64,000 nt of DNA from Lama guanicoe (taxonomy: Eukaryota): contig MU057344.1 in assembly GCA_013239625.1 (NCBI GenBank), positions 19,799,664 through 19,863,663 on the forward strand, given 5' to 3'. The position numbers were made by a program, and so were the translations under genes. This document shows, piece after piece, positions 51,020 to 64,000 of this stretch. The notes under the pieces are model-generated. The model was not told the DNA's origin, did no database searches, and worked only from the letters and a program-made list of their open reading frames with translations. The first letter of the stretch is position 1; every line of letters begins with the position of its first letter.

Positions 51020-51966
51020 AAGTCAAGTTGTTAAAGAGCAAAATTTTTTAACTTTGATGAATCCAATATATAGATTTTTTTTTCTTTTGTAGTTTGTGCT
51101 TTTTGTGCCCTATTCTTAAAATCTTTGCCTAACTCAAAGACATTAAGGTTTTCTATGTTTTTTTCCTAAAAGTTTATAGTGTTAGCTTCTATAATTAGAT
51201 CTGTGATTCATTTTGAGTTAATTTTTGTGTATCATGTGAGGTAAGAATCAAGGTTTGCTTATTGCATATTGGCTATCCAATTGTTACATCTTCATTAGTT
51301 GAAAGGATTTTTTTTTCCCCATCTAAGTGCTTTGGCACCTTTGTTAAAAATCAGTTGGTCATAAACAAAAAAAATCAGTTGGCCATATGTGTAGGTCTGT
51401 TTCTGTACTCAATACTATCTTGGTTACCATAGCTTTTTAATAAGTTTTGAAATAGGACAATATAAATCATCCAACTTTGTTCTTTTCCCAAATTGTTTTT
51501 AGCTATTCAGTCCTTTGCATTTCCATATCAATTTTAGTATCAGGTAACTCATATTTTTCTAAAAAGCCTATTGGNNNNNNNNNNNNNNNNNNNNNNNNNN
51601 NNNNNNNNNNNNNNNNNNNNNNNNNNNNNNNNNNNNNNNNNNNNNNNNNNNNNNNNNNNNNNNNNNNNNNNNNNNNNNNNNNNNNNNNNNNNNNNNNNNN
51701 NNNNNNNNNNNNNNNNNNNNNNNNNNNNNNNNNNNNNNNNNNNNNNNNNNNNTTTGTCAAATTTACCGCTAAGTTTTTCATATATTTTATGCTATTGTAA
51801 ATGATGTTACTTTTGTTAAATTCCAAATGATCATTGCTAGTATACACATAAAGAATTAATTTTTGTATGTTGATTTATATCCTGCGACCTTACTAAGCTC
51901 ACTTATTCTTTGTTGTAAGTTCCTTAGGTTTGTCCACATGTCAAAGAATAAAAATGGGTTTACTTT
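51020..51966 (-). mobile_element. Old L1 ORF2 fragment
   Basis: gattcattttgagttaatttttgtgtat...ggcacctttgttaaaaatcagttgg...tcctttgcatttccatat. Confidence 0.8.
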
Positions 51967-52120
51967 NNNNNNNNNNNNNNNNNNNNNNNNNNNNNNNNNN
52001 NNNNNNNNNNNNNNNNNNNNNNNNNNNNNNNNNNNNNNNNNNNNNNNNNNNNNNNNNNNNNNNNNNNNNNNNNNNNNNNNNNNNNNNNNNNNNNNCTGTT
52101 AAGAAAATAAAACGCAAGAG

Positions 52121-53327
<1,207 letters not shown>

Positions 53328-53347
53328 AAGAAAATAAAAAGCAAGAG

Positions 53348-54125
53348 ATAAATTCAGAGAAAATATTTGCAAAACATATATTGAACAAGGGCCTTGCATC
53401 TAGAACATAAAGAGCTCTTTAAACACAACAATAGAATGTCAAGCCATTCGACTGGAAAAAAAAAATGGGCACAGAATTTGAAAGACACCTCACCAAAGAT
53501 AAACAGACGGCAAATAAACACATGAAATGATGCTCAACCTCATTGGTCATTAGGGAAGTGCAAATTAAAACTACAATGAGATCATACTACAAGCACACTG
53601 GAATGGCAAAAGTTAAAAAGATTGACAATACGAGGTGATGATGAGAAAATAGAGTAATTGAAAATCTTTTACAGTATTCAGGATTTTTAAATAGTACAAC
53701 CACTTTGGAAAACAGTTTGGCAGTTTCTAAAAAAAGTAAAGCATGCACCTACCATATGACCCAACCAAAGAGTGGAAACAACACAAACGTCCTTCAACAG
53801 GGATAGGATAAACACCTCGTGGTATATTCACACAGTGGAATGACTATATTGTAGAGTGAAAGAAGTCAAAGAGTGCATACTGTATGATTTCATTCATATA
53901 AAATTCTGGAAAGTACAAACTAATCTCTAGTGGCAAATGGGGGCTGTTTGGGAGTGGGAGTCAGAAGAGAAGAATTAAAGAAGGACATGGGGAAACTTCT
54001 GGGAATAATAGATGTTCATTATGTTGATTTTGGTGGCTTCATGGGTATACACTTATGTCAAAACTCATATTGTACATTTTTAATATCTGCAATTTATTGT
54101 ATCAGTTATATCTTAATAATTTTTT
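53348..54125 (+). mobile_element. Old L1 (ORF2 end and 3'UTR), host of the PRRG1 retrocopy
   Basis: gagaaaatatttgcaaaacat...gcaaattaaaactacaatgagat...cactttggaaaacagtttggcag...tgtcaaaactcat. Confidence 0.85.
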
Positions 54126-54139
54126 TCCAAAAAAAGGTA

Positions 54140-54700
54140 AGCAAAAGAAAATTCAGAACATGTCATTCACCTGCACCCAAATCACTGACTTTTCAACACA
54201 TTTGTAATAAAACCTGAGGTCCCCGTGGTGGCCTCTGAAGCCACATGTGATCTGGATCATCCTCCTCTCTGTTCTAAATGCCCACCACTTGCTCCTCATT
54301 CATTCTTCTCCCTCCTTGTGGCCTCCTAGCTCTTCTTGGAGCACCCCTTGCCTGCTCCCACCTCAGGGCCTTTGCTCTTGCTGTTCTTCCTGCCTGGAAC
54401 TGTCCTCCCTGGATATCACAGTCAACCACACTGTTTACTCCCTCTCTTCCGCTGGGTTTATGTTCAAATACCACCTCCTCAGACCACCCTATTTTAATAC
54501 AGCACCCTATCACCAGTTACTTATAGCATTTAACTCCTCCCTATCATAGCATATATGAATTTATTTTCTGTCTTCCCCATTACAATGTGAGCTCCCAAGA
54601 ACAGGAATTGTGTCTTTTTTCCCCACTGCTCTATAAATGTCCAGTATACAAAAGACGGCCAGCATTTATTGAAATACTGAGTGAATGCATTAATTAATGA
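54140..54700 (+). mobile_element. L2 3' fragment
   Basis: cctcagggcctttgctcttgctgttc...tgcctggaa...aatgtgagctcc...tttattgaa...gtgaatg. Confidence 0.7.
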
Positions 54701-56984
54701 ATAAAACTTGGCCAAGGCCACAAAGCTAGTAAGAATCACTTGGAACTAAAACTCAGATCTGTCTAATGCAAACGTGCATAACGTTACCTGCTACGTAACA
54801 CTGTTACTCCAGAACTGCCCTGTGAAGTAGGGGCCATGATTTGCCTCACTTAGCAGAAGGGGGAGCAGGGAGGGGAAACGACTTGCCCCCTGGGTCACAC
54901 AGGAAGTCTATGGCAAAGTCAGCTGACATCTGGGTTCTGGTGCCAGGTGCACTCAGGGACAGACACATGACCCCTGCCTACAGCAGGAGTCTTAGGAGAG
55001 GAAGTTCAAGGAGTCTGATGCTGACAGTGCACTCTGCCCACATGTGCTGACCGCAAAGGCTTTTAGGATATCTGGGTTCAAATTGCCTTTCAAGCTATTT
55101 CATGACTCTCTGCCTTTGCCCAGCTGCCCCTGCCTGCAGTGCCCTTCTTCCCTGACCTCCCTAGCTCCCACTTGTCCCTGGAGACCCAGCTTCAGCATCA
55201 CCTCCTCCAAGAGGTCTTCTCTGACTCTGTAGCTCCCCAAGTTCAGCTCTGTTGTGGTATTTGAATGAAGAATGAATGAATGAATGAATGAACGAATGAA
55301 TAGCACTCATCTACTTTCAGTCACTCATTCAACCATAAATATTTACCAAGTTCCTCCTTTATGCCAAGCACTGAGGATACAGCCATTGGTCCTTGTCCAC
55401 AAGGGGCCTGAGCCTAGAAGGGAGACAGACATCACAGTGGACAAAAGGGCCTGTGACATCACTGACCAGTCAGTGAGGGGCTTCCTGAGGACGGGGATCA
55501 AACCTGAGGCCTGGAGTAGGGTTAGTTACCCTTTGAAGGGCAGAAGAGGAGTGTTTCTGGCAGAGGGCTGAGAAGAGGAAAGATGTTCAGCATGACTGGA
55601 GCTCAGAGCACCAGTGGTGGTTCAAGAAGGGGCGGGGGGTTGGGGGAGAGATCCGCACAGGCCTGATGCAAAAACTATTTTTCCAGCTGAACAGAGCAAG
55701 GTGAGGAGAACATCCTGATGGAAGAATCAGTGTGACGGGTGGGAGTGCGATAGACTCTCCTGGTTTGGGCATAGCTGGCAGGAAGGTTTCCTTCCCCAAC
55801 ACACACACCCTATCTGATGTTCATCTCTCTCCTCCTAGAGGTGGGGGTAGAGCATGGTACTACCATGCAGGTGACCAGAGGCCAGGGTTACTAGGAGACC
55901 TGACAGAATGGCTTCTCACCGATTTATTTAGAGATAGCCACAGGAAAACCAGGGTCTTCCCAGGTCCCCAAACTGTCCAGCCAGAAATAGACTTGGCAGC
56001 TAGTCTCAGTCTTCCTTCCTGAGTGATCTTGGGCTGGTTACTTAACTTCTCTGAGCCTCAGTTTCCTAATCTATAAAAAACCAGGCAGACTAACACCTAC
56101 TCACAATGTTATGTAAGGAGGAAATGTGATATGATGGTTTGCATTAGTGAGGACTGCTTCCCACTTCCAATTTGCCAAAACACTTAAACTGGTAACATCC
56201 ACCCACAGTGGGACAGTGGGGCTAAACCATAAACGAACTGTTTGGGACCAGTCAGAATTCTAGCCTTGATGCTCTGGATTTCCAGGCCAGACTGGAAAGA
56301 GTGGTGTGGATCTTGGATGCAGTTATGTTGCCTTACCCTTGCCCCTAACCCAAGTGGGACCTGACCACCTTGTTCTGGTCCTTTTCCGACTTGTTCTGCA
56401 GTCCCCTTTTGTGGCATCAAGGAGGTAATGAAGAATGAGACAAACCTGGATATGAGTCCTAACTCTACTGTGACCTGAGACAAGCCACACATCTGAGCTT
56501 CAGTCTCCTCAGCTCTACAATGGGCCCTCTCAAAGGGTTGCTGTCCCAAAGCATAAGGAACTGATTGTCTCATAAATGTTAGCTGTCCGGTTCACAAGCC
56601 TCTGTACTTGCAATTGTCTGTCTATTCTGCTTCCTCTACCCAACTGTGTCCAAGTCCCTCCCTGGGTCCTGAGACCCAGCACAGGTAGGCAGGGAGCAAG
56701 CAGTGGAGGCTGTTGAACATTGAACCTGAGCTCTGAACGGGAGGCCCCAGTCCAGGGCAAGTGGGGCTCCAGGAAAGGTGCACCTGAGTGGGGATAGAGC
56801 ACCCATATACCATCAGCTTTCTAGAGCAGTGTCTCCAGGTCCAGCAGCAGGGGCCCAACGGGGAGACTAATAGTGGGGCTGCAGAGAGAAACCACTCTAA
56901 CGAATGAATGAAGTGGATGTTCTGGCGCTGTTAGCCTCAGGCCGGTTAGCCGTTCTTCCCCAGTGCTCCTTTCCGCAATGTCTA

Positions 56985-57560
56985 TTTAATCTCTTCTTCC
57001 TGTGAAGTCGGTGTTATTATCCCCTTTTTACAGAGAAGGAAACTGAGGCTCAGAGAGAGGAAGTGACTCGCCGAGGTGTTTCCACCGGTCCAGTCCGGGT
57101 CCGGCAGCTCAGCAGGCAGCCCGAGGCGGGGGCGGGGCCGCGGGGCGGGGCCCCGAGCGGGGTGGCCGGGAGGCCCCGGACAGTTGGTCGCGGGACCCGC
57201 GGGAGGTGAGACGCGGGCCATGGAGACTGGGGGCTGCCGCTACCAGTTTCGGATCGCGGTGCTGGGGGACGCGGCCGTGGGCAAGACGTCGCTGCTGCGG
57301 CGCTACGTGGCGGGTGCTCCCGGGATCCCGCAGCCGGAGCCGGAGCTCGAGTCGGCGCCCACGGTGGGCGTCGAGTTCTATAGCCGCGCTCTGCAGCTGC
57401 AGGCCGGGCCGCGCGTCAAGCTGCAGCTCTGGGACACGGCGGGCCAAGAGCGCTTCAGGTGCGCGGTGGGGCCGGGCGCGGTGGCTGGGAGGTGGGGTGG
57501 GTGAGGGGCGCGAAGGGGGCTGGGGTGAGGGAACCCCAGGTTGGGGCGGGGTCACTGCCT
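56985..57560 (+). promoter_or_regulatory. RAB42: RAB42 CpG island/promoter, with an antisense MIR at ~56985..57100
   Basis: GC boxes GGGGCGGGG at ~57128 and ~57142; CpG-rich; the MIR core (ggaaactgaggctcagagagaggaagtgactcgccgagg) retains CpGs. Confidence 0.75.
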
Positions 57561-58559
57561 GTCCACCTGGCCATGGCGATCCCTCGGAGGCGACAGCTTC
57601 AGTGGCCCAAGTAGAGGTCTTGGAGTCCCTGGATCTGGGTCCTTCACCCTTGAGTCAATTCATTCTACACATACAAGTGAGACTTGGAGGAATGAATGAC
57701 CTGGATGCTGAGAGAGTCCACAGGGGCACAGAAAGGAAGGTGTCAAGGAGATGGGAAAGGAAGAGAGAGATCTGTGTTGGCCTTGAAGGATCCCTAGGAG
57801 TTTGCCAGGCAGAGAATGGGAAAGCAAAGACCTGCAATCATGAAAACATCAGGCGTCCTCCAGGAACGAAGGAATAGTCAGGAGAGTATGGGAGTAAAAA
57901 CCGGCCATCACAACATTGTAAACTGACTATAACTCAAAACAAAAAACAAACCAAAAAAAAACAGCCCCTAACTGGGGAAAACACAGTCTCTTGGGAGAGA
58001 CACAGACACTAGGAAAAGAGAAGCACAAGGCAGTGTGAAATGAGCTTATAAAGAGGGGTGTGAGGAAGTCAGTGGATGGGGGTTCCGGTGTCTTGAAGGC
58101 ATAAGTTTCTCCCAACTTACTCCCCCAACCTTCAGGTGCATCACCAGATCCTTTTACCGGAATGTGGTGGGTGTCCTGCTGGTCTTTGATATGACAAACA
58201 GGAAGTCCTTTGAACACATCCAAGACTGGCACCAGGAGGTCATGGCCATTCAGGGCCCTGACAAGGCGATCTTCCTGCTGGTTGGCCACAAGAGTGACCT
58301 GCAGAGCTCCCGTTGTGTCTCAGCCCAGGAGGCAGAGGAACTGGCTGCCTCCTTGGGCATGGCCTTCATGGAGACCTCCGCCAAAAATAACTGCAATGTG
58401 GACCTGGCCTTCAACACCCTTGCTGAAGCCATCCAGCAGGCCCTGCAGCAGGGGGACATCAAGCTGGAGGAGGACTGGGGGGGTGTCCGTCTCATTCACA
58501 ACATCCAGATCTCCAGGGCCCCCAGCAGGAAGCAACACCCAGGTCCATGCCAGTGTTGA
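57220..58559 (+). CDS. RAB42: Ras-related protein Rab-42, 220 aa; join(57220..57458,58136..58559)
   Basis: gccATGg start; G1 GDAAVGKT, G3 WDTAGQE, G4 GHKSD, G5 ETSAK, C-terminal CQC prenylation motif; single phase-2 GT-AG intron; 663 nt. Confidence 0.97.
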
Positions 58560-59149
58560 TTCTGGGAGAGAAAGGGCTAAAGCAGTGTCAACCTCAGAAG
58601 TGCTGGTGGAATAGGGAGAGTTAACATCTCTGTGGAGGGCAAATGGCAGAATCTATCCAAATGGATAATACAAACAGTATTCTGGCACAGTCATGCCTCC
58701 TGGATTTGGGGGTTTCAGAGCTATCCCCTTTCCACTAGAAAGGTCTAAGAGGCCAGGTGTGCAGCTTCTTTACACCTGTTTCCACCATTGTCAGAGGAGC
58801 TCATAAAAGACCCCACCTCACAGGGGGTTCTGGGCATGAATGAGCTGACGGATGGGATATGCCCAGCCTCCGCCTCCCACACAGTGAGAATCAAATGGCA
58901 AGAACTGTCATCACTGCTCTTTCCTCTCCTTGCCAGGATGCAGCCGTTTCTGGCAGCATCCCTGGATGCGGAAGCTGAGCCACTCAGCGTGGGGACGCTG
59001 CTGTACAGGTGAGGGTGAGCGCAGGGAATTTCAGGCCAAGCCAGCCTTCAAGCCTCCTTAGGTCCTCAGGTTTGGATGAGTCCTAAAGTGTGCCCTCAGG
59101 CCCAGGTTGCTGCCCAGTGCCCTGGAAGGCAGGGATGACCGTGAATAGC

Positions 59150-59571
59150 TCCTGTGTTGGGCACACAGAGGACACTGATTGGCCACCAAGATTTCTCCTC
59201 AGGGCTGAAGAACCAATATCCGACTCCCCACTGCACTCCCAGCTGCTGCTCAGCTTACAGCTCCCCCCAGGGCAACCCATATTCAACCCATGTCAATCTT
59301 GGAACTACTGTAGGGCGGGGGTGGGGAGTGTTCAAAGGCCTGGCCCTCTCTCCCTAACTCTAGACAATTCTGAAGGTCAAACCCAGCTTCATCACTCCAC
59401 AGGGTGGATTGAGGCCACTGTTAAGACATCACAGCTAAATTCTCCTACTCAATCCTGCTTCTCTTCCTTCCTTCCCTCTAAAGCATATGTTTATCTCAAG
59501 AATTCCCCAATAAATATCTGCACACTGATCTCCTTCTCAGAATCTGCCTCTTGGGGAACTTAACCTGCAAC
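59150..59571 (+). mobile_element. LTR16-type (ERVL) LTR carrying AATAAA at 59509..59514
   Basis: Typical 3' end ccccaataaatatctgcacactgatctccttctcagaatctgcctcttggggaacttaacctgcaaca; 5' boundary uncertain. Confidence 0.7.
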
Positions 59572-60779
59572 AGAAATTGTTGCACTTTTGTCCAGGGGCA
59601 ATCACAGAAGGCTTCCTGGAGGGAAGAATCTCAGCAGGTGTAGAGGGGATGTCATTGTGCCAGTGGGCATGGGTAGGGCATGGGCAGCTGCACACAAAAG
59701 AGCACAACCACTTAACTCACTTTGTGACCTGGAGCCAATGACTCTACCGCCTTGAGTCTCAGATTCCTCAGTAAACACGTGACTGAAAATCCCTCCTTCC
59801 TGGGGCTCTTGGGAGGCTTTCAGTCGGGGTGAGTGTCTTTGTTTTCCTCCCCATGGCAACCGGGCTGGGGTGGGCCTCTATGCACTGCCTCCTCTTTTTA
59901 AAACATCACTCATCCTTCTGACAATCTTGCAAGGTCGGCACGATTATCTCATTTCACAGATGGGAAAGCTTGGGCCAGGAGAGGGAAATGATTTGCTTTA
60001 GAATACATCATTATTCCTTCATCAAAAATGTTTTAAAATGAGCATCTACTCTGATCTGGGCTCTGAGGAAACAGCAGTGAACATGACAGAAAAGCTGTCC
60101 TGGGGCTGACATTCTAGTGGAAAAGAGAAAAAAACTAGTAAGTGGACCTAAATGATTTTCAGTTGTAAGTGCTCCAGGGACCACAGATCCAGGGCGATGG
60201 GGCTCCTTTAGAGCAGGTGGTCAGGGAGGGCCTCTCTGAAGAGATGCCCTTTGAGCTGAGACCTGAAGGAGGAGGAGGAAGAGCCAAGAACAGAGATCTA
60301 TGCAGAAGGAACAGTGTCTGACATTGAGTGGGCACTTATGTACCACGTGAGGTAGACAGGTAGATACTATTACTCCATTTTACTGATGTGGAGACAGATC
60401 CAGAGACTTTAAGTGAAGCCAGTAAGTGAAGGATGGAAAACAGATGTGGTTCATTCAGTAAATCTGGGCCAGCTCAGTGTTCCACCAGCCTTGTCTACCA
60501 CCTCGGGCCAGCCCGGAAGTTCTTACCTTATGCCTCAAGGCTGTGGTCCCACACTCACAGGCCCCCTCAGTGCGGTAAAACCTCTGGTGACTTTGATGGG
60601 TGTGATTCTGGCCCAGCAGTAGGAAGCAGCCCTGCCCAGCGGCTAGAGGAAAGGCAGACAACAGGAGTGGAGAGTAGGGAAGAGGTCAGAGGGGCAGGCC
60701 CACTGGAGGGCTGAGCCTTACCTCCACCACTGTTCAGAAGCAGACCTTATCTCCTGGGATCCTAGCTGCCAAAAATGGG

Positions 60780-60970
60780 GCAAGCTTTGCAGTCAGACCT
60801 GGGTTTGAATCCCAGGTTCACTCTGTACAGTTGTGAGATCCTGGGGAACTCACTTCATCTAAGCCTCAGTGGGTTCATCTGTAAGATGGGGATACTACTA
60901 CTTAATTCACAGGTTTTTAGAATTAGATGAGAAATCAAAGGCAGTACTTGCCACATAGCAGGAATTCACA
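60780..60970 (+). mobile_element. MIR SINE
   Basis: agtcagacctgggtttgaatcccagg...gcctcagt...catctgtaagatggggatactac. Confidence 0.7.
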
Positions 60971-61578
60971 AGATGGAAGTTTCCTTCTTCCCCTGAGGGT
61001 TTTGCTATTAATCAGTTAGGGAACAGAGACTACCAAATTATACACTTTGGGGAAATAAAAAGGATTCTAGACTCTAACAAAGTTCTTAAAGGCTGGGACG
61101 TGGCCCGCAGAAGCCCCAGTGTTGGAAGAGGCAAGCTTCGCATTGCATAGCCTTTGCTCCTGCAGGTACAGGCCCCGGGTTGGGCCTCAGGCCAGCAGAG
61201 AGAAGGGACATTCTAGCAGCATATGGGCACTATGGTCTGCTGCCCACGGTCTTTCAAGCTCCAACTTGGGAACATCTCAGGATGGGTATAGAACCAGGGC
61301 CTCTATTTTAGGGAAGTTCTGCTTCTGTCTTGAAGGGACCTAGTTCTGCAACATGGTTTCAAATGGCACATTCTGACGTGTCCCAGAGGTGTCCCAGAAG
61401 CTTCACTAAGCCTGGGTCTGGGCATGTCCTGAGAAGCCTAGACCGGGAAGCCCTGATCGCTTTTGGGTTCTGGCTCACGTCTCTCACTGCAAGTCTGAAC
61501 CAGCCCCAGTCGCGTGGTTTGTGCTGCAGCCCTGGCCTCACTTCCTCACTTCTCCTCCTGGCTGGCCTCCTGCACTAC

Positions 61579-61817
61579 GTGGATGCTCTCTGGCAGTACA
61601 GGGTCCGCATCTTCCTCAAGGAGGTCCCCCTCTCCCTACTAGGAGACTCAACCATAGGCAAATCAACCTTGCTGAGGCACTACACAGAGGACATCTCTGT
61701 CGAGGGCATCTCCCAGACAGTGGGAGTGGACTTCTCTATGCACTTTGTTGGGGCAGAGCCTAGGCGTCCAGGTGAAGCTCCAGCTCTGGGACATAGCCAG
61801 CCAGGAAAGGCTCCAGT
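61579..61817 (+). pseudogene. Decayed exon 1 of a RAB39/RAB42-family paralog
   Basis: (GTG)DALWQYRVRIFL[KEVPLSL]LGDSTIGKSTLLRHYTED..ISQTVGVDFSMHFVGAEP, +1 frameshift at ~61762, then GVQVKLQLWDIASQERL; GT at 61816 matches the RAB42 intron position. Confidence 0.85.
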
Positions 61818-62904
61818 GCATGGGCCCTGGGCTTGGCTCCTGCCCTACCTTCTACACCACCCACCCCTGAGAGGGAGAGCCCACCCATCAGGAAGGGAAG
61901 GGGCAAGAGAAGGGGCCTTGGAGGCCACGAGAAAAATGAACTCTGGACCAAGAGCACAGGTCTGAGTCCTGGCCTGCCCAGTGACCTTGGGCAGGCCACA
62001 TGACCTCTCCAGACTCCATGTTCTTACCTGTAAAATAAGAGGCAACCCTGGGTGACTCAAGGGGCTTTTTCTTTTCTAACTACAGGTAACTGCCTCCCTC
62101 CTCCCTGCTTCATCTCATGCAGTGGGACCTTCTCCAGAATGGCTTCCGGAGCCCAGATGGCTCCTTCTGTGTCATCTAAACTCACCCCCATTTTTGTGAT
62201 CAAACCCTACCCCTGCCTTTTGGTTCATTCTACCCCAGCAAAACCTCAAGCCTATTTCTTTACCTTTAGTTCAAATTAACTGCAGCAACTTCCTGGCTGG
62301 TCCCCCTCCTGCCTATTTTCAATTCCGCTGTCTACACTGGTAGCCAGAGCAAGGTTTTTCATATGCAAATATAATCATATCAGTCCTCCATCAAAAACTT
62401 TACTGGCTTCCCATTACCTGTGCGTCGTTTTCAATCTTTTGGTTAATATGCCTGCTTTTAGCAACAGAATCTTGTCAGATGGGATCTTTTTCACAGCCCT
62501 AAAATACTCCACAAAGAGAGATATTGCTCAGGGTGAAGGGGTGGGAAGCCCCAGAGCCAGCCTGCTGGGCCTCCCACACTACACACTACACTCTCCCACC
62601 CCCTGCAAGACACAGACGTAGTGGCCTCCAAAGCGTGGGCACTGGAGCCCACCCCCAGGCCTGAGGGCTGTTCACCCCCAAGCTTACTCTGCTCATCTCT
62701 GCCATTCTCGCCTGCTGTGGCACCTTGTGCTTCAGCCACACTGATGCAGTGACTTCTTCATGCCTTTGCATGTGCTGTCACTCCCGTCTTTGTTCCCACA
62801 GGACCTGGGGGAGAGTTTAGGGCACAGTTAAGTGTGCAGGTTCTGGAGTCAGAGGGACTTGGCTGAAATCTGAGCACCATCACTACTACTATCTGTGTGA
62901 TCTT

Positions 62905-63197
62905 TTATTTTGTGGGGGGGTTAGGAGAGGTAATTAGGTTTATTTATTTTTAATGGCAGTGCTAGGGATTGAACCCAGGACCTTGTGCATGTTAGGCACA
63001 CACTCTACCACTGAGCTATACCCCCTTAAATGTTTTTCCTTCCAGTTTATTAAGATACAATTGACATACAGCACTGTATATTTGGTGGGGGGGTAATTAG
63101 GTTTATTTATTATATATTCAGTGGAAGCACTGGGGATTGAACCCAGGACCTCATGCATGCTAGGCATGCACTCTACCACTGAGCTATACCCTCCCTT
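62905..63197 (-). mobile_element. SINE + L1 3'-end + SINE composite inserted in a MIR
   Basis: Two Vic-1-like units (62905..63025 and 63082..63195) flank an L1 terminus (63030..63080); one outer TSD, tatctgtgtgatctt, at 62890..62904 and 63198..63212. Confidence 0.85.
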
Positions 63198-64000
63198 TAT
63201 CTGTGTGATCTTGAGCAAATTATGTAAACTCTCTAAATTTTAGTTTCCTCATTGGAAAATAGGATTAAATGAGATGTTGCAAACCAAGTGCTTGCCAAAC
63301 ACTTTTTCCTTTGGGCTTCTTGGGAAAACACAATGAGCTTATCCACAGAAGGTGATTAGGACAGCATATGGAACCCAGCAAGCACTCTTACGAAGATACT
63401 AGAATACACGAATCCACCAGGCTGCTGCCCCTTGGGTTCCTCAGCATGTATTTAGTCTTCTGTGCGCTCAGACTCTGCTGGGCTCTGGGAGTCAAGTGGG
63501 CATGGTTACTTGGCTTATCGAGGTAGAAGGCCTTGTGTCCAGGCTAGCGGGCTGAGCTGCACCAGAAATGTGGATACCAAATCAGAAGACCCCTTACAGA
63601 TCAACTGGTGACATCCCTCTCTCCTGTACCCCCACATCCAGTCACTAAGGCCTGGGAGGGCACCCTTCAACAGCTGTCAAATGCCGCCCTTCTCTCCACG
63701 TTGTCACTACCATCTCAGTCCAGGCAACAACCTTCTCATGAACTTCTGCTTCCACAAGTGCCCTCTCTCCCCGCTCCACGGCCTGGCCAGAGTGATCCTT
63801 CAAAATGTCCATCTGACCACGTCATGCTTCTGCTTAAAATCCTTCAGTGGCTCCTGCTACTTTTTGGGTAAGTCTACTCAATGCTGGGGCCTACGAGACG
63901 CTGCATGACCTGGCCCGTCTCTCCTCACCACACTGTCTCAGGGCACGTGCAGTCCTCCTTGAAGTGGAGGGACCCTTGCCCCTGGGTCCCTCAGACTACA

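Noticed and set aside
61330-61965. 211-aa ORF as an intact protein-coding gene
   Set aside because: Only 61579..61761 is Rab-like. Homology shifts frame at ~61762 and the flanks are unrelated, so it is treated as a pseudogene.
62780-62830. Good acceptor (tttgttcccacag) as exon 2 of the RAB relic
   Set aside because: The following sequence is MIR-like, with no TRSYYR or HKSD motifs that I could see.
63300-64000. TAF12, expected next by synteny
   Set aside because: No TAF12 coding sequence was recognised in the window; the region looks L2-derived.

Overview
Mammalian genomic DNA, most likely a camelid, judged from many tRNA-derived SINEs resembling Vic-1 and from lineage-type L1 3' ends. The draft assembly has 11 N-gaps. 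Gene order matches the human 1p35.3 block: the 3' part of snoRNA host SNHG3 with two SNORA73/U17 copies (+); a complete RCC1 (9 coding exons, 1266 nt, 421 aa, plus the beta/gamma alternative exon) (+); TRNAU1AP (7 of 9 coding exons visible, exons 3 and 5 apparently in gaps) (+); the 5'TOP host SNHG12 with SNORA16, SNORA44, SNORA61 and SNORD99 (-); and RAB42 (2 exons, 220 aa) (+). No prokaryote-type system or CRISPR array is present. Two findings stand out. (1) A TSD-flanked, polyadenylated PRRG1 retrocopy records a non-canonical Gla-only isoform with an unrecognised last exon. (2) A decayed first exon of an ancient RAB39/RAB42-family paralog lies 3 kb downstream of RAB42 and looks like a lost gene. 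Also notable are a chimeric young/old L1, an extreme twin-primed L1, a SINE-L1-SINE composite under one TSD pair, an LTR-donated RAB42 poly(A) signal, and overlapping uORFs in both RCC1 leaders. All family and ortholog assignments come from recall, not database searches.
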